64,000 bases of DNA, from NCBI RefSeq assembly GCF_009914755.1, contig NC_060940.1; one strand, written 5' to 3'. The notes beneath the pieces are model-generated. The model was given only the letters and a program-made list of their open reading frames with translations, did not search any database and was not told the origin of the DNA. The first letter of the stretch is position 1. Each line of letters begins with the position of its first letter. Source of the stretch: the human T2T-CHM13v2.0 reference genome, Homo sapiens. The position numbers were made by a program, and so were the translations under genes. Shown piece after piece: positions 61,760 through 64,000 of the stretch.

Positions 61760-62235
61760 TCCTTTTCTTGTTTCATTTTCTCCATGTCTTCGAATTTTCA
61801 CAGTAATTTACACAGAAGTCTGCATAGTAGTCTCTTAGTTTTTTAAAAAATCTTCTGTTTGAATGGTGATCCTCTTGTAATTTCTCATTTTCTGTCTTTG
61901 TGCTTTCTCCCACCTTTTTCTTCATTAAGTGGTTAGCTACTTTTTTTCTTATTTTCAAAAAATACCCTTAAAACATATGATTTGGTTTATTAATTAGATC
62001 TATAATTATTCTCTTCCCTAACTTATTGATTTCTGGTCTTCCGTAACTTACTGGTTTCTTACGTTTATGAATCCTTTCTTAAGCTTTTTTGTTTGTTTGA
62101 ATTTACTGTTATTTTTCTAAATTTTTGAGATGGAGATTTAATAAACTTATTTATATTTTTTATTTTATTGAAATTTTTCATGCTGTGAATTTTCTTCTGG
62201 TTCTGATTTAAATGTGACTCTTAGATTCTGGATTT
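61760..62235 (-). mobile_element. L1ME-like degenerate fragment
   Basis: T-rich antisense L1 ORF2-like sequence. Confidence 0.5.
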
Positions 62236-62245
62236 TATTTTATTC

Positions 62246-62285
<40 letters not shown>

Positions 62286-62568
62286 TTATGACAGACTCTC
62301 GCTCTGTCAGCCAGGCTGGAATGCAGTGGTACAATTTTAGCTTAGTGCAACCTCTGCCTCCAGGGTTCCAGCCATTCTCCTGCCTCAGCTTACCGAGTAG
62401 CTGGTATTACAGGCACCCGCCACCATGCCTGGCTAATTTTTGTATTTTTAGTAGAGATGGGGTTTCACCATGTTTGCCTGGCTGGTCTTGAACTCCTGAC
62501 CTCAGGTGATCTACCCACCTCGGCCTCCCAAAGTGCTGGGAATACAGGCGTGAGGCACTGGGCATGGC
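62246..62568 (-). mobile_element. AluSx-like with (ATT)n tail
   Basis: antisense dimeric Alu. Confidence 0.93.
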
Positions 62569-62997
62569 GCCCTCCATCGTTCTTTTTGTTTTGTTTGCAT
62601 CATAGTTTGCAAAGTGTGGTTCTCCTTTCCTATTTAGCCTCTATTCCCCCAAACCATTGTTTTCCCAACACTGCCTTCTCCAATTCAGCACATGTTTTTA
62701 AGTCTCTTTACTGCAGTTAGGACTCTGAGCTTCCTGTTCTGTCTGTCATTATTTTCACTTGTATGGTGGATGTGATTTCAGTTCAGTCTTGGCTCTCCAT
62801 CCCTCCTCTTCTTCTTCTCCTGTGTCTCTAGACCCTCCTTATTCTTGTGAAAAGCTCAGGATGGGAAATAGGAAAATAGTTCTGCTAGAGGGTGGTATTT
62901 ATTTTCAAATCACAGTTATTTAACTTTATAGTTTTGTGTGTGTCACCAAATTATGGTAAAGGATGGTATTTGTGTGGTTTATTTTTTCCTGTTTATC

Positions 62998-63291
62998 TTT
63001 TTTTTTTTGCAATGGGGTCTGACTGTGTCACCCAGGTTGGAGTGCATTGGTATGATCTTGACTCACTGCGTCTTCTGGCTCTCAGGTTCAGGTAATCCTT
63101 CCACTTCAGCCTTCTGAGCAGATGGGACCACAGGCATGCCACCACAATACCTGACTAATTTTTGCATTTTTTGTAGGGATGGGGTTTTGCCATCTTGGCT
63201 AGGCTGATCTCAAACTCCTGACCTCAAGAGATCCTCCCGCCTCAGCCTCCCAAAGTGCTGGGGTTACTGGTGTGAGCCACCACACCCGGCC
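62998..63291 (-). mobile_element. AluJ
   Basis: antisense Alu 'ggtaatccttccacttcagcc'; TSD-like tgt(t/c)tatcttt. Confidence 0.9.
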
Positions 63292-63459
63292 TGTTCTTGT
63301 CTATCTTTATAGAGTTGGCAGAAGATGCTAGGAGATTCCAGCTGCCATTGACTCAGCTGCATGGAAATTGCTTTTCTTTTTTAATACATTCATTATATAT
63401 GATTAGTTATTGATTATTCATTTTAAAATACTTTGCATCAAATTATTTCTCTTTCCAGG

Positions 63460-63929
63460 CAGGACTGGCTGTCTAATAGGTGCAGCCCTGTGAAAATGAA
63501 AGTTCAGGGCCCCTTCCTAAAAAATTGTAAAGAACTTCAAGATGGCGAAAGTAGAGCATCACGCCAGTCACATTGGCTCACACCTGTAATCCCAGCACTT
63601 CGGGAGGCCGAGGTGGGTGGATCTCTTGAGGTCAGGAGTTCGAAACCAACCTGGCCAACATGGTGAAACCCCATCTCTACTAAAAATACAAAAATCAGCC
63701 AGGTGTAGTGGTGCGTGCTTGTAGTCCCAGCTACTCGGGAGGCTGAGGCAGGAGAATTGCTTGAACCTGGGAGGCAGAGGTTGCAGTGAGCAGAGATCGT
63801 GCCACACTGCACTGCAGCCTGGGGGAAAGAGTGAGAGTCTGTCTCAAAAAAAGCATCAAACCAGGTGCAGGACCCTTTGAGTGGCATCCCTGTGTGTACA
63901 CAGTCATACCTCCAGGAAGGTGGTACTGG
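63460..63929. mobile_element. MER45A-like hAT-Tip100 element split by an Alu
   Basis: 'aaaatgaaa...ggcccttcc...aagaacttcaagatggcga...agagcatca[Alu]aaccagg...ccctgtgtg...cacagtc'. Confidence 0.7.
63562..63852 (+). mobile_element. AluSx-like
   Basis: dimeric Alu; TSD a(g/a)agcatca. Confidence 0.95.
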
Positions 63930-64000
63930 TTCAATACTTTTATATATTAAGTAACTCTTGTTTAATAACTTTATATGTGTTAAGTTATCTAACACAGAGA

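Overview
Primate (human-like) non-coding genomic DNA, most likely a large intron or gene desert. No protein-coding gene, RNA gene or CRISPR array can be supported. Roughly half the window is interspersed repeat: more than 20 Alus (monomer, AluJ, AluS, AluY), LINE-1 relics from L1ME/MD/MA/PB up to a young L1PA 3' end, L2 and MIR fragments, MaLR/ERVL LTRs (THE1, MLT1, LTR16-like) and hAT elements (MER3, MER5, MER20, MER45A, MER58A). There are two large low-complexity arrays: a ~1.5 kb GT-rich minisatellite (~43 units) and a ~0.93 kb almost pure AT array. The long ORFs in the track come from these arrays or from Alu/L1 sequence. I see no new multi-gene biological system. The most interesting signals are structural: (i) an old L1MA copy whose 5'UTR is joined to ORF1 at what looks like a splice junction (SpIRE-like); (ii) the AT array sitting between 14-bp direct repeats inside that L1; (iii) the ordered GT minisatellite; (iv) several microhomology-linked duplications and templated insertions; (v) a possible retrocopied Alu-containing 3'UTR fragment; and (vi) repeat-free, motif-rich blocks that could be enhancers. 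Subfamily names and consensus comparisons are from memory and need Dfam/RepeatMasker confirmation.
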